Source: Eledone cirrhosa (Eukaryota). From it: a stretch of DNA of 64,000 nt. The stretch lies in the NCBI GenBank assembly GCA_964016885.1, contig OZ024744.1, forward strand, positions 79,856,001 through 79,920,000, in the 5' to 3' direction. How positions within the stretch are numbered: position 1 is the first letter of the stretch; each line of letters opens with the position of its first letter. Below, one piece after another: positions 50,195 through 62,662 of the stretch. Below the pieces are notes generated by a model. The model was not told the origin of the DNA and did no database searches. It was given only the letters and a program-made list of their open reading frames with translations. A program made the translations under genes and the position numbers.

Positions 50195-53100
50195 TTAGGT
50201 AAGGCGGGTCTTCTCTGTTACTGAGTACCGCCAAAGGTCTCGGTCCAGTGACATTGTCTTGGAGAGGTGTAAGTGTGTGATGTCGGAGTTTATCAGCTCG
50301 TCCCAGGTTTTTCTAGGTCTGCCTATTCCGTGACTACCGTCTATCTTTATTGCCCTGCACTTTGTTATACAGCTATCGACTTTCATGCGCATCACGTGTC
50401 CATACCAACGTAGCCTTCTCTCGAGTAAACAACATCTGATCCCTCTTATCTCTAATTTTTTCCTTAGTTCGTTTATGCTTTGCCGTTCACGTATATTACT
50501 GTTACACATCCAGCGGAGCATGCAAGCTTCGTTCCTCTCTAGTCTGCGTATATCCTCTGCACACAATGCCCAGGTCTCACTGCCATGCAGCATTGCTGTT
50601 CGTATGCAGGCATCGTACAACCTGCCTTTCATTTTTAGTGAGAACCCTTTAGCAGCTAATAGTGGTATAAGCTCTCTGAACTTTTTCCAACCAGTTCTGA
50701 CTCTAGCTACAGTACTTTCAGAGCACCCTCCCCCACTGCTGACTTTATCGCCCAGGTAACGGAAGCTGTCCACTATTTCTATAGAACCCTCTGCGCAATT
50801 GAAAGAGCTAGTAGTTTGTGGGCACTTGCTGCTACTTATTGCACCAGAGCACCGGCCACATGTAAAATCTATGTTCTTAGTTAGCTTACCTGTGATCCCA
50901 CTACATCTTTTATGCACCCATACTTTGCATTTAGGACATAAAATGGAGTTTCTACCTACGCCTTTCCTACACACCGAGCACGACCATTTCCCAGAAGGGA
51001 CCGCCGCCTTGTTTTCTTTCCTACAAACTAGTACTTTGGTCTTAGCCAGGTTAATTTTAAGTCCTTTTGACTCTAGGCCGTGCTTCCATGTTTGGAATTT
51101 CTTCTCTAGCTCGGCCATTGATTCCGCTATGAGTGTCAGGTCGTCTGCGTATAGGAGTTCCCATGGGCAGCCTGTCTTGAACTCCTCTGTTATAGCCTGA
51201 AGGGCAATAATAAATAGTAGTGGGCTGAGAACAGAGCCCTGATGGACGCCAACTTTTACGCTAAACTCTTCACTATATTCGTTGTTAATTCTAACCTTGC
51301 TGACTGTTTCTTTATACATGGCTTGTATAGCCCTCACAAGCCATTCGTCAACGCCTAGTTTTCTAAGAGCCCACCAGATAATGGAGCGGGGGACTCTGTC
51401 GAAGGCTTTCTCCAAGTCAACAAAAGCTAAGTAGAGGGGTTTACCTTTAGCTAGGTACTTCTCCTGTAGTTGTCGTACTATGAAAAGAGCGTCTGTGGTA
51501 CTTTTGCCTGACACAAACCCGAACTGCATTTCATCTAGGTCAATTCTCTCTCTGATTAGTTGCGCTATTACTTTTTCCGTGACCTTCATGACCTGGTCGA
51601 TTAATTTAATGCCTCTATAGTTACTCCTATCTAGGGCGTCTCCTTTACCCTTATAACAGTTAACGATGATGCTGCTATGCCAGTCCTTCGGAACAACCCC
51701 ATTCTGTACGACTTGGTTAACTATGCGAGTGACCATGGTGTGTCCCACCGTGCCAGATGCCTTCAGCATCTCAGCAACTATTTCCGAAGGCCCAGCCGCC
51801 TTACCCGTCTTCATATCCTTGATTGCCTTACTTATTATACTCCCCTCGACTAACACTGCTGGTCCCTCTATTGGGTCGATATGGGGGAGACTGCCTTTCT
51901 CCCAATTATTCTCCTCATTTAGTAGCCTTTCATAGCGACACTTCCAAGCTACCTTCTTATCAGCGTCGGTGATGGCAAGTGTGCCATCGTCGTTTAGTAC
52001 ACACTTCTCCCCGACAATATCACGGTTTTCCTTGACGCATTGCCTAGCAATCCTGAACACCTCACGTTTTTGGTCATCGCGTTGTAGAACATGCTTGAAC
52101 TTTCTTTCCTCAGCTTCCCTTCTTGCTAAGTACACTTGTCTCCTAGCTTCCCTCCTGGCCACTTGATAGTCCTCTCTACTTCCCCCATCCCACCATACTT
52201 TCCAAGCCTGCTTTTTGGCCTTAATTGACCCCTCCACCTTACTGTTCCACCACCATGTTACTCTCCTCCTGCCTACAGGCCTGCTCCAGCCACAGACTTC
52301 GTCTGTCGCCAACAGCAGGTTTGCTTTCAGAAATTCCCACTCTCCCTCTATAATGTCCGACTCTAAATGTTCTTCCTTACTGTCGAAAGCATCAAGTAAT
52401 ATGCTTTGAAATTTATTCCTGGCTGTGGGGTCCTTTAGCTTCCATATTTTCCTCCTGAGGATAGTCCTCTTCTGTTGTCGAGTACGTCTCGTCCTGACTA
52501 TGAGGTCGCTAATTATCAGTCTATGTTGGGAGGTGCATTCTTCATGGGGGAGGGATTTAGTGTTTACAACAGACACTCTGTCACGTCTTCTGGTAAGGAT
52601 ATAATCTACCTGGCTTGTGTGTTCCCCGGATCTATAGGTGATCAGGTGATTGTCACGTTTTTTGAAGTTAGTGTTACAGATAGTTAGGTTATTTGCATCA
52701 CAGAATTCCAGGATTCTGGAGCCTTCCTCATTTCTAGTACCAAACCCATAGCCTCCATGGATTTCGTCGTAGCCGTCACAATGTTGTCCAACGTGACCAT
52801 TTAGGTCGCCTGCGATAATTATATAGTCACTGTCGGATATTTGGGAGGTAGTTAGCATCAGTGTCTCATAGAATCTGTCTTTTATAGTGCCGGGCAGTCC
52901 CGATTGGGGTGCGTACGCAGATATTACTGTCACCGTAGTTCTATTGAGGACAAGTCGTATTTTAATTATTCTGTCGTTCACTCTATTTACGTCTATTATC
53001 TTATCTGCCCACTTTTCTGCTACCATGATTCCTACTCCACCCAGCCCATCGTCGTTTCCCACCCAGAAAAGCTTATAACATCGTTTTTTACCCTCAATGA

Positions 53101-53364
53101 ACCTAGCAGACCCACCCTCCACCTGGTCTCTTGAATACAACAAACATCGACCTCCTTACGTTCAAGCATTTCTACAACCTCGTTAGCGCGACCCTTTAGG
53201 GTGCCTACATTTATGGTACCAACTCTGAAGTTTTGGATTGCGTTTGGGGGTTGGGGGCGGTGGGGGGCGGGGGGCGATGGGGTTATGTTAGCCGTCCGCG
53301 GTCGAAACAATGAGGAGTGCTCGCATTCTCGTCCAAGAGGTGAATTTGTCTTTATCTTTGGCAT
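50195..53364 (-). CDS. RTE ORF (APE + RT with PHD-like finger); 1-bp frameshift at 53115-53117
   Basis: MPKIK...RVGTINVGTL...IQETRWR frame shifts into the 982-aa ORF GGSARF...; FVDLEKAFD, YADD, YLG intact. Confidence 0.95.
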
Positions 53365-53473
53365 TGTCGCTGAGCGTCCAGATTTTTCTCTCTCTCTCCT
53401 CCACTCTCCAGGATTCCGCAGTCCATCCATCCATCATATATCGAAAGGCAACCAGGCAAGCGATAGTATAGGC

Positions 53474-53569
53474 CTCTGGCTTCTGATTGGTCCGCGTAAT
53501 AATACTGGTGATGCGTGGGGGCTCTGTTTTATGATTGGTCCACGTAATAGCAATGGTGGTGCGTGGGGG
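53474..53569 (-). promoter_or_regulatory. two 48-bp 5'UTR monomers, each with a CCAAT box (candidate internal promoter)
   Basis: cccccacgcaccaccattgctattacgtggaCCAATcataaaacagag / cccccacgcatcaccagtattattacgcggaCCAATcagaagccagag. Confidence 0.5.
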
Positions 53570-53607
53570 TGGGAGGGAGGGGTGTTGGGTAGCTAGCAAG
53601 AAGGTAA

Positions 53608-53641
<34 letters not shown>

Positions 53642-53777
53642 ATGATTTCCTGATGATTTCTTCCAAATGAAACAGTTCTAGTCCCATAGAAGCCATTTCT
53701 ATATTGAATATTTATACTCTGCTGTGTATTGAGTACCTTACTTACTGTGGTTACCCCCATTTGAACCTGGGATAAAT

Positions 53778-53842
<65 letters not shown>

Positions 53843-53844
<2 letters not shown>

Positions 53845-53922
53845 CAGGGTGTCCAAAAAATGTATACACACTTTGATTAGAATGCTGTTGAAGTGTGTAT
53901 ACATTTTGGGGGGCATCTTGTA
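53843..53922. mobile_element. about 80-bp Tc1/mariner-type MITE in (TA)n
   Basis: ta-cagggtgtccaaaaaatgtatacac ... gtgtatacattttgggggcatcttg-ta. Confidence 0.75.
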
Positions 53923-54166
53923 TATATGTCCTTCATAAACAATAATTACAATGTATTGACAGTGTGGTGGTTTGACAGGCGCCAGCAGCATATACTGTAT
54001 CTTAGGATAAGGGATGGTTTAGCATCAGGAAGGGCATCTGATAGAAAAGGGTTTTGTCCAAACTATTTTGAGTGAGGCGATACATACATGTATAGATACA
54101 CACACACACACATATATACACACAAACATATATATATATATACACACACACACATATATATATATG

Positions 54167-55616
54167 AGCAATTATAGGGGTATAAAACTGATGGATCAGG
54201 TTATGAAAGTGGCAGAAAGGATATTAGCACAACTAATTAGAGAAAGGGTCAAACTAGATAAGATGTAGTTTGGTTTTGTGCCTGGGAAGAGTACAACAGA
54301 TGCCCTCTTCTTGGTGAGACAATTACAAGAGAGGTTCTTAGAGAAAAATAAGCCACTATACTTAGCATTTGTTGACCTAGAGAAGGCCTTTGATAGGGTA
54401 CCCCGATCTGGCATCTGGTGGTCCCTAAGGAAACTAGGTTTAGAGGAATGGCTTGTGAGGACAGTGCAAACTTTGTACAGAGGTACTGTCAGTAAAGTCA
54501 GGGTAGTTTAGTGAGGAATTCCAGATACAAGTAGGAGTTCATCAAGGTTCGGTCCTCAGCCCGCTCTTGTTCATTATAGTCCTCCAAGCCATAACAGAAG
54601 AGTTTAAGACTGGCTGTCCATGGGAACTTATCTATGCTGACAATCTGGTTCTTATAGCAGAATCAGTAGAGGAGCTAGAGAATAAATTCTGGCTATGGAA
54701 ACAGCAGTTGGAAGCAAGAGGACTGAGAGTGAACCTAGCTAAGACAAAAATGTTGATGAGTAGAAAAGAGGACAAAACTCTGATTGATTTCGTCAGGGAA
54801 ATGGCCATGTTCGATATGCAGAAAAGGAACTGGCATAAATTCTATAAAATGCACACAATGCAGATCCTGGGTACACAAGAGATGTAGTGGGATAGCAGGC
54901 AAACTAACAGGTAGGGAGAAATATGTATGCAGATGTACAGGGAAATTAGACAGTAGAAGTCACATTTTTCAAATGCAGGCGGGTGCTATAGAAGTGGTGG
55001 ATAGCTTCTGGTACCTAGGAGATCAGATTAGCAGGGGGGGGGGCCATAGTATCTAGAATAAGGATGGGTTGGAAGAAGTTTAGGGAGCTGCTTCCTCTGC
55101 TGACGAAGAAGGGTTTCTCCCTGCATACAAAAGGCCGGTTATATGATGCCTGTGTGAGGAGCGTGATGCTGCATGGTAGTGAGACATGGGCAGCAACTGC
55201 AGAGGATATGCGACGGATCGAGAGAAATGAGGCAAGCATGCTCCGTTGGATGTGCAGTGTAAATGTGCGAAAATGACCCAGCATAAATGTGTTGAGAGAG
55301 AAACTGTGTCTGAGAGGGATAGAATGTAGTGTACGGGAGAGGAGACTGAGGTGGTATGGACATGTGATGCGCATGGAGGATGACCGATGGGTGAAGAAGT
55401 GCCAGGAAATGCCAGTTGAAGGAAGACGTGGTAGAGGTAGACCACGAAAAACATGGGCGGAGGTGGTGAGAACAGACCTCAGATCATTGAAGCTCACGGT
55501 GGAGATGACGAGGGACCGTGACGAGTGGAGAGATGCTGTGCTGAATAAGACCCGTCCCACCCTTGCAAGCAGGGAAAAGCGGACGTAAAATGATGATGTT
55601 GATGATGATGATGATG
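54167..55616 (+). pseudogene. 5'-truncated degenerate RTE family B (RT with PHD-like finger)
   Basis: SNYRGIKLMDQVMK, FVDLEKAFD, YADN, CSICRKG..CTQCRSWVHKRC..CRC, RLRWYGHV; stops and frameshifts; ORF ends directly at the (GAT)n tail. Confidence 0.93.
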
Positions 55617-55689
55617 ACACACACATTTATATATGCATACATATATATATATATATACACAAACCTAATTATGTGCATGAGTTAGATCT

Positions 55690-56670
55690 GTTGGTTCTTA
55701 TGAGTGTTTGAACAACATATCAACATACTTATGAAATTAACATGCAAGTGGCTGAGCATTTCACTGACTTAAGCACATTAGATGAGCATAAGTCTCAGGG
55801 AGATCCAATATAGCACAAAATTTGACAAGGCTAGCCCAGCCATTTCATTTACAGATACAATAAATGTTTACCAGCTGCGTGGACTGGAGTAACATAATAA
55901 AAATAAAGTGTTGCATTCAATTCCTGGGAATTGAATATGCAGCCTTGCAATCAAGAACCAAACATCCTTACCACTAGACCACATGCTTTCACAACACAGA
56001 CACATTGGAACGAAAACCATATCAGTTCTAATAATGGATATCAGTCACCAGAGTGGTTCTGCTAAAGACAAGCACAGAGTAAATATTATTAAAATATAGA
56101 TGATAGCTTATTGTGGTTAATATACATTAAAATTATATATTTAATGTAATAAATATATATAAATTCTTATGTATCGAGTCTGCAATGCTGAAACTGGGGA
56201 GACCTCTAATCATGGGAGTACTCAATACATGGGGAGATGCAGAGTGGGTATAGAGATAGGTAAAATTCCGACCACAGTCCCTTCTTATATAGATTATAGA
56301 GTGCAGAGGATTAGCAGAATTAGTAGAGCATCAGATAAAATGCTATTGCAGTATTTGTTCTGGCTCTTTACATTCTGAGTTCAAATCCCATCTAGGTCAA
56401 CTTTGCCTATTATCCTCCCAGAGCCGATAAAATAAAATACCAGTCAAGTACTGGGGTTGATTTGAACAACTTTGTCTTTCAACAAAATTTGCTGGCCTTG
56501 TGCCTAATCAGGAATTAGTATTATATAGATTACTGTAGTAAATATGGTGAAGGTGCACGGCTTAGTGGTTAGAGAATTAGATTTGCAATTGTGATTTTGT
56601 AAGTTCGATTCCTAGACCAGGTGATGTGTTATGCCCACGAGCAAGACAATTTATTTCAAGTTGCTCCTTC
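55690..56670. mobile_element. degenerate SINEs: family 2 (55690-55990 -; 56548-56670 +) and family-1-like (56305-56515 +)
   Basis: tRNA-like heads and central domains. Confidence 0.65.
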
Positions 56671-56845
56671 TGTCAGGAGTTGCAGCCGATGTATAGTATC
56701 AGCAATGGAAAAACCAATAGAAACATTGTTTCCTTGGTCAGATCGTAGTAAATATATATTAGAAATGCATAAATTACTGTTATAAATATATATGAAATTA
56801 TAAATATTACAGTTGTAAGTATATGTTAACAATAATATATCATAA

Positions 56846-57388
56846 ATCATCATCATCATTTTACGTCCGCTTTTGCAAGAGAGAGGACGGATCCTATTCA
56901 GCATCTCTCCATTCATTACGGTCCATCATCTCCTCTGTGAGCTTCAGTGATCTCAGGTCAGCTGTCACCACCTCCGCCAATGATTTTCGTGGTCTTCCTC
57001 TACTGTGACTTCTTTCCACTAGGATTTCTTGGCACTTCTTTACCCAGCCGTCATCTTCCATGCGCATCACATGTCTATACCAACGCAGTCTTCTCTCCCG
57101 CACACTACAGTTTATCCTTTTATATAGTTTCTCTCTCAACTCATCTATGCTTGATCGTTCATGCACATTGACATTGCACATCAATTGGAGCATGCTTGCT
57201 TCATTTCTCTCCAACCTTTTCATATCCTCCACAGTTGATGCCCATGTCTCACTACCATGCAGCATTGCACATTTGATACAGGCATCATACAACCAAACAT
57301 TTGCTCATAGGGAGAAACCCTTCGTTGTCAACAGGGGAAGCAGCTCCCTAAACTTCTTCCATCCTGTCCTTATTCTAGATACTATGGT
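56846..57388 (-). mobile_element. RTE family B 3' fragment
   Basis: SRIRTGWKKFRELLPLL..YDACIKCAMLHGSETWA..RLRWYRHVMRMEDD; (GAT)n tail. Confidence 0.9.
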
Positions 57389-57585
57389 AAATGTAGAGGT
57401 GTGTGTGTGTTTTTTGTTGGCGAAAGTACCTGTGCATGTGTGTGGATGAGGTAAACATGATGGTGGCAAGGGGTAGGAAGGTAGGCACGAACGTGTGTGT
57501 GTAAGATTAAAGAACCATGTATTGTTGACAGACATAAGAAACAGTACTCACTACCAAAGCAGAATTTAAATATTCAGTTATTATG

Positions 57586-57656
57586 GAGTTTCACCTGCTC
57601 ACTCACAAGAACATGGAGTCTTGTCTGATCATCCTGTGAGTGTTCAGGTGAAACTC
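57586..57656 (-). other. unique 71-nt hairpin, pre-miRNA-like geometry
   Basis: gagtttcacctg-aa-cactcacagga / tcttgtgagtg-ag-caggtgaaactc with a 21-nt loop. Confidence 0.3.
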
Positions 57657-57750
57657 TAGAGTAACAAGATCCACCACATCACCATAATGAATGAATATAT
57701 TATATCATATTATGCAAGCCTTCCATGAAAATACAATAGTAAATATAGAG

Positions 57751-57980
57751 TAATTGTTTCTACTTTTGGCACAAGGCCAGCAATTACCCAGTGCATTACT
57801 GGTACTTTATTTTATCACCTCCGTAAGGATGAAAGGCAAAGTTAACCTCGGCGAGATTCCATTCTGAGTTCAAATCCCGCCGAGGTTAACTTTGCCTTTC
57901 ATCCTTACGGGGACGATAAAATAAAGTACCAGTAATTCACTGGGTAATTGCTGGCCTTGTGCCAAAAGTAGAAACAATTA
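57751..57980. mobile_element. head-to-head pair of 5'-truncated family-1 SINEs forming a palindrome
   Basis: About 107-bp arms, spacer ccattctgagttc. Confidence 0.9.
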
Positions 57981-58159
57981 TATTATACAAGCCTTCCGAA
58001 ACTAGGGGGCTTAAGCCCCTCCAATAATGTGGAAACTTGTTGAATGCTCTTAGTTTTTACTAAAGTGATTTTCTATTGACGCTAAATATGTTAGTATGAT
58101 AATGTTTATAATTTCTTTCTTAATCTCATATTGGTGTTAAAAAAGCATGAGCTAATAAT

Positions 58160-58693
58160 AATAATTGTTTCTACTTTTGGCACAAGGCCAGCAATTACCC
58201 AATGCATTACTGGTACCTTATTTTATCGACCCCATAAGGATGAAAGGCAAAGTTAACCTCGGCGGGATTTGAGCTCAGATCATAAAGAGCCGTAACTGTA
58301 TGTTGCAAAGCATGGCGTCCAACCCTCTACCAATTCTGCCAATCTGGGTTACTGAGAAACGAGAACATAATCCCTAGCAAGGCAATAAAGCTACTAAAAT
58401 ACAAGGGGTTACTGAAAAGAGGGCAAGAGAGAGAGAGAGAACATAATTCAAAAAGATAATAATAATGATTTCTACTATAGGTACAAGGCCAGCAATATGA
58501 AGAGGTGGGGAAAGTGAATTAAATCAACCCCAGTGCATTACTGTTACTTTATTTTATTGACTCTGTAAGGATGAAAGGTAAAGCTAACCTCAGCTGAATT
58601 TTAACGCAGAACGTAAAGGGCCATAACTCTATGTCGCTAAGCATGTTTTCTGACGCTCTACCGGTTCTGCCAATCCACCACCCTACCACGAGC

Positions 58694-58733
<40 letters not shown>

Positions 58734-58912
58734 TGTTTCTACTTTAGGCGCAAGGCCAGCAATTACCCCAGTGCATTACTGGTACTTTATTTTATCGACC
58801 CCGTAAGGATGAAAGGCAAAGTCAACCTCGGCGGGATTTGAACTCAGATCGTAAAGGGACGTAACTATGCTGGAAAGCATGGCGTCCGACCCTCTACTGA
58901 TACTGCCAATCC
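58160..58912 (-). mobile_element. three family-1 SINE copies (58160-58345, 58465-58680, 58730-58912)
   Basis: Reverse-complement A/B boxes, central domain and (TTA)n tails. Confidence 0.85.
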
Positions 58913-59429
58913 AACGATAATTGTGATGATTTCTATGTACTATGCACTTCTGCTTTTTTTTTTTGTTATAAAACATACTTGGTTGAGATCTTCTGGAGCG
59001 ATTTTCAAATTGTTTGAATTTAACCGCCAATAGCAGAATCTGACACCCTTCCTCTTTAGAAAGTCAAGTGATGCTGCCACCATCTAAAATTACCATGTTC
59101 AGTTACTGTTGCTATCGCAAACAGACTCCCTCAATAGAATTTTACAACTAAAATTCCATTGATAATTCGCTCCCCCAGTCCTAGTGCATGCACTTTCTTG
59201 ATCTTTTCAGAAATAACACGTAGTTTCTGTGCATGGTGTTTAGCATATGCATTCACTAATTGCAGGGCACAGTGTTGAAATCTCAAAGTCCGGGGCACCT
59301 ATTCTTGTGTTCCAACACAACCCCGTTTGTTCCTCGATGTAATGTATTGTGTCCACTCTGATGTGCAAATTTGTATTTACAACATACGATTTTTGTAAAA
59401 TCATGCAGTGGGTGATAAACGGCGATATT

Positions 59430-59685
59430 GGTTGTGAAATTAATGTGCAAGTGGCTGAGCATCCACAGACGTGTACACCTATTACAGCTCTCAGAGAAAT
59501 TCAGTGTAATACAGTATGTGAGAAGACTGGTCCTTTGAAATATGGGTACAACTCATTTTTGACAGCTGAGTTCACTGGAGTAAAGTGAAATAAAGTGTCT
59601 TGCTCAAGGCACAATGTGCCATGAGGAATCGAACTTAATCTTACAATCATGAGCTGAACATCTGAACCACAAAGTCACACACCTC
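59430..59685 (-). mobile_element. family-2 tRNA/CORE SINE
   Basis: aaataaagtgtcttgctcaagg and gtgcaagtggctgagc segments. Confidence 0.7.
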
Positions 59686-59971
59686 CCCATTTAACCCTTT
59701 AGCCTTTACATTACTCTATATTTACTATTATATTTTCACAGTAAAGGCTTTATCTTATATAATTACCTCACAAAAAATCGAATCTACAAGATTTTGATAT
59801 TATTTTGTAAACAATGCCTTGATGTTGGTATGAGGGGCCAGTTATGGCTGGTTTAAACAGAAAGAGGTGAGAAAATTCTGGCCAGATATGGCTGGTTTAA
59901 ATGCTAAATCATTAATGTACACACGCGCACATACATACATATATAGCGCTACATATATGGCGTTACCCAGT

Positions 59972-60352
59972 AATACAGAAGACCCGCCTTGCCTATGTAC
60001 AAAGCGAAACCTACAGTCAGTAGGCACCTCTTAACCAAATATACACCCCAATCCACTACCCCTACCCTATCCTCCCACTCCCACCAACAGCATGAGATAA
60101 TGAGATCGAAATCGTGTAGGTGTCACGAAAAAAAAAACACAGTCCACGCTATAATGTGGCCATGTAGGTAACACGGTAAAAAGTTCCCAGTTCCACACTG
60201 TAAATGTGGTTGGTGTTAGGAAGGGCATCCAACCATAGAAAACCTGCCAGATAGTCCTATACGAGCGAGACACGGTCACCCGACCAACCTTGCCTCAAGT
60301 GGCACAACTCCCGTCTAACCCATGCTAGCGTGGAAGATGGACGTTAAACGAG
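59972..60352 (+). mobile_element. RTE family-A-related 3'UTR fragment
   Basis: cagaagacccgccttgccta..ttaggaagggcatcc..cccatgctagcgtggaagatggacgttaaacg. Confidence 0.85.
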
Positions 60353-60411
60353 GATAACAGCTTAATGAAGTATATGTAAAGATTAAACATTACACAGCTT
60401 AATTCAATAAG

Positions 60412-60447
<36 letters not shown>

Positions 60448-60578
60448 AGAGTGGGAAAAAAGAGAGAGAGAGAGAGAGATTCATATACAATATATATATA
60501 TATATACTCTGCTCCCCAATAGCATTGAGTGCTCATCTTGGCATACCACCTGTGAACACAATCCAATTGCACCTCTAC

Positions 60579-60643
<65 letters not shown>

Positions 60644-61154
60644 TAAAAATTATATAACTTTATGTAAAAGAAATACCTTTTAAAAGTTGTGATTGCATAT
60701 TAACTCATCCTTCAGGTTCGTAATCATTATTATATCACACGCACATCATCAGGTGTTAGTAATTAATTTAAATCAACACATTTTTAAGAGTGTGTGTGTG
60801 TATGTGTATGTATGTAAATGTGTGTGTGTTTATCTCTCTATGCTTTTTTTTTTTTTTTACCTAACATATTACTTGAAAGCGGGGGAAAAAGCCGAGACAG
60901 AGTACATATATTGATGAGTCAACATGATATTGATGAGGAAATGATGACTAAAATATACAATCAAATATAAGTACCAAGTCTGCTTACACTGGTATGGGAA
61001 ATGATGTATGACAAAATACACTGGGAGGATATATATATATATATGTGTGTGTGTGGTTTTTTTTTTTCATACATATATGTGCGTGTGTGTGTATATGTAT
61101 ATATATATATATACACACACACATGTGCGTGTGTATTTTTCATACATTAAGTTC

Positions 61155-61197
<43 letters not shown>

Positions 61198-62662
61198 CAT
61201 ATATGAAAACAGGGAGAAAGAGACGATTATTAGGAAGGAAAATATATTTTTTTCCCTTTTTATTTCTTTCTCTTTTTTTTTCTGGGTTAGAAAATGATTA
61301 TATATATATATATATATATAAAATAATCAATTTGTTCAAGCTCCAGTGAACTGGTACTGATGGTTGCTATGCTGTGTTGCCTTAACTTTGTTGTCAAGCA
61401 AAATATATTCACTATGTTGGTTATTACTGTTTTTTTTTTAACCATTAGTTCTAAATAATGTAACTACTACTACTATAGAATGTTAGAAAGTACAATCAAG
61501 AACCCTTCTGTTACAGCATTTCTAATGAAAGACACTGCCTATAGTAAATACACCCTCATCACTTCACTAGTCATAAAAACAAAATGACTAACACTCTAAA
61601 CCAGAAGTTCCCCAAAGTGACCCCTAAGTCAGATGAAAAGTTCATAGACTGACTATGAAGGAATGATGCTAGAGCTGTGAAATCTTGCATGTATTAATTT
61701 CAACTCTTCTTATTAATAACTGCATTGTTTCTTTCCTGAGGTTTATGTTGAAAAATAAACCTCATTTGGATATTCCCTGAGAGCATTTTGGTCAGCCTAT
61801 GAACTTTGGCAACCACACACTGCCATTCCATGACATTAGATGACATTAACGTAGTCGGCCCTTGCTTGTTAACAAAGATCAGACTATCATTTTCCCCGCC
61901 AAACATGTAAACTAACACTGAGATATTAATTCTTATGTTTCTTGACTGGCAGTTTTCTCTTTTCATGCCAGTCGCTGGCAAGACCTCTGATGTCCTTGGA
62001 GCCCAAAAAGAGTGGTTCATGCAGCGAGTGTTGCTGGTTGTTCTCCAGGGCAATGGCCTTTCACATTTTGTCCATAGTGCACAGCTGAGATATACTTACT
62101 GCCCTGACTGGGATTGTAGAGTCCACTGCTCCCTCCCCTATCCCTACACTTTCACTGTTTAATGTTATTTTTATTACTCTTTTTCATTATTCCTTTTTAA
62201 ATATGCAGACGTTCAAAATAAATTTCCTATTAAAACAACTGTAGAAACTCAAAGGTTAAAAAAAAAATTCTTGAAATTATCTCCCTTGTTTATTGAGCAG
62301 TCACAAATAATTGCTACAAGTTTTTTTGGGATACATTATATTCTCTAAGAAGGAAATTTCAATTGAGAATGTTTTATGCATGCATTCAGTATAACTCCCA
62401 TTAAATTGTTTTCTATTTTGTTACTATATTTCTCATGATAATTAAAGATGCAGCCTATAATTTTTTATATCAATTCGAAAATAATGAAGAATTTGAAATT
62501 ATCTAGTAATTATATATAACTAGCTTACTCATTAAGTTAGTGTTTGGAAAGTAACAAAGGTTCTTACATAGAATTATGACAGAAGGTTTTAGAGAAATAT
62601 GATCACGTTAAAATATGCAGTTTTGTATCATAGAACCAAGGATGGTTTCTGGCAGTTTGGTA

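Larger units (their letters stand above)
49800..53610 (-). mobile_element. full-length RTE-clade LINE, family A copy 2, inserted in (TA)n
   Basis: Near-identical reverse complement of 17026-20748 with about 90 bp more 5'UTR; (GAT)n tail. Confidence 0.97.

Noticed and set aside
53570-53610. HDV-like ribozyme at the RTE 5' end
   Set aside because: Known from some RTEs, but no nested double pseudoknot could be built from this C-rich sequence by eye
58920-59420. Unique-looking segment, possibly an old endonuclease or transposase relic
   Set aside because: Multiple stops and no diagnostic motif that could be confirmed
61700-62110. 117-aa minus-strand ORF, faintly hAT-transposase-like in other frames
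   Set aside because: No convincing conserved motif or splice signals
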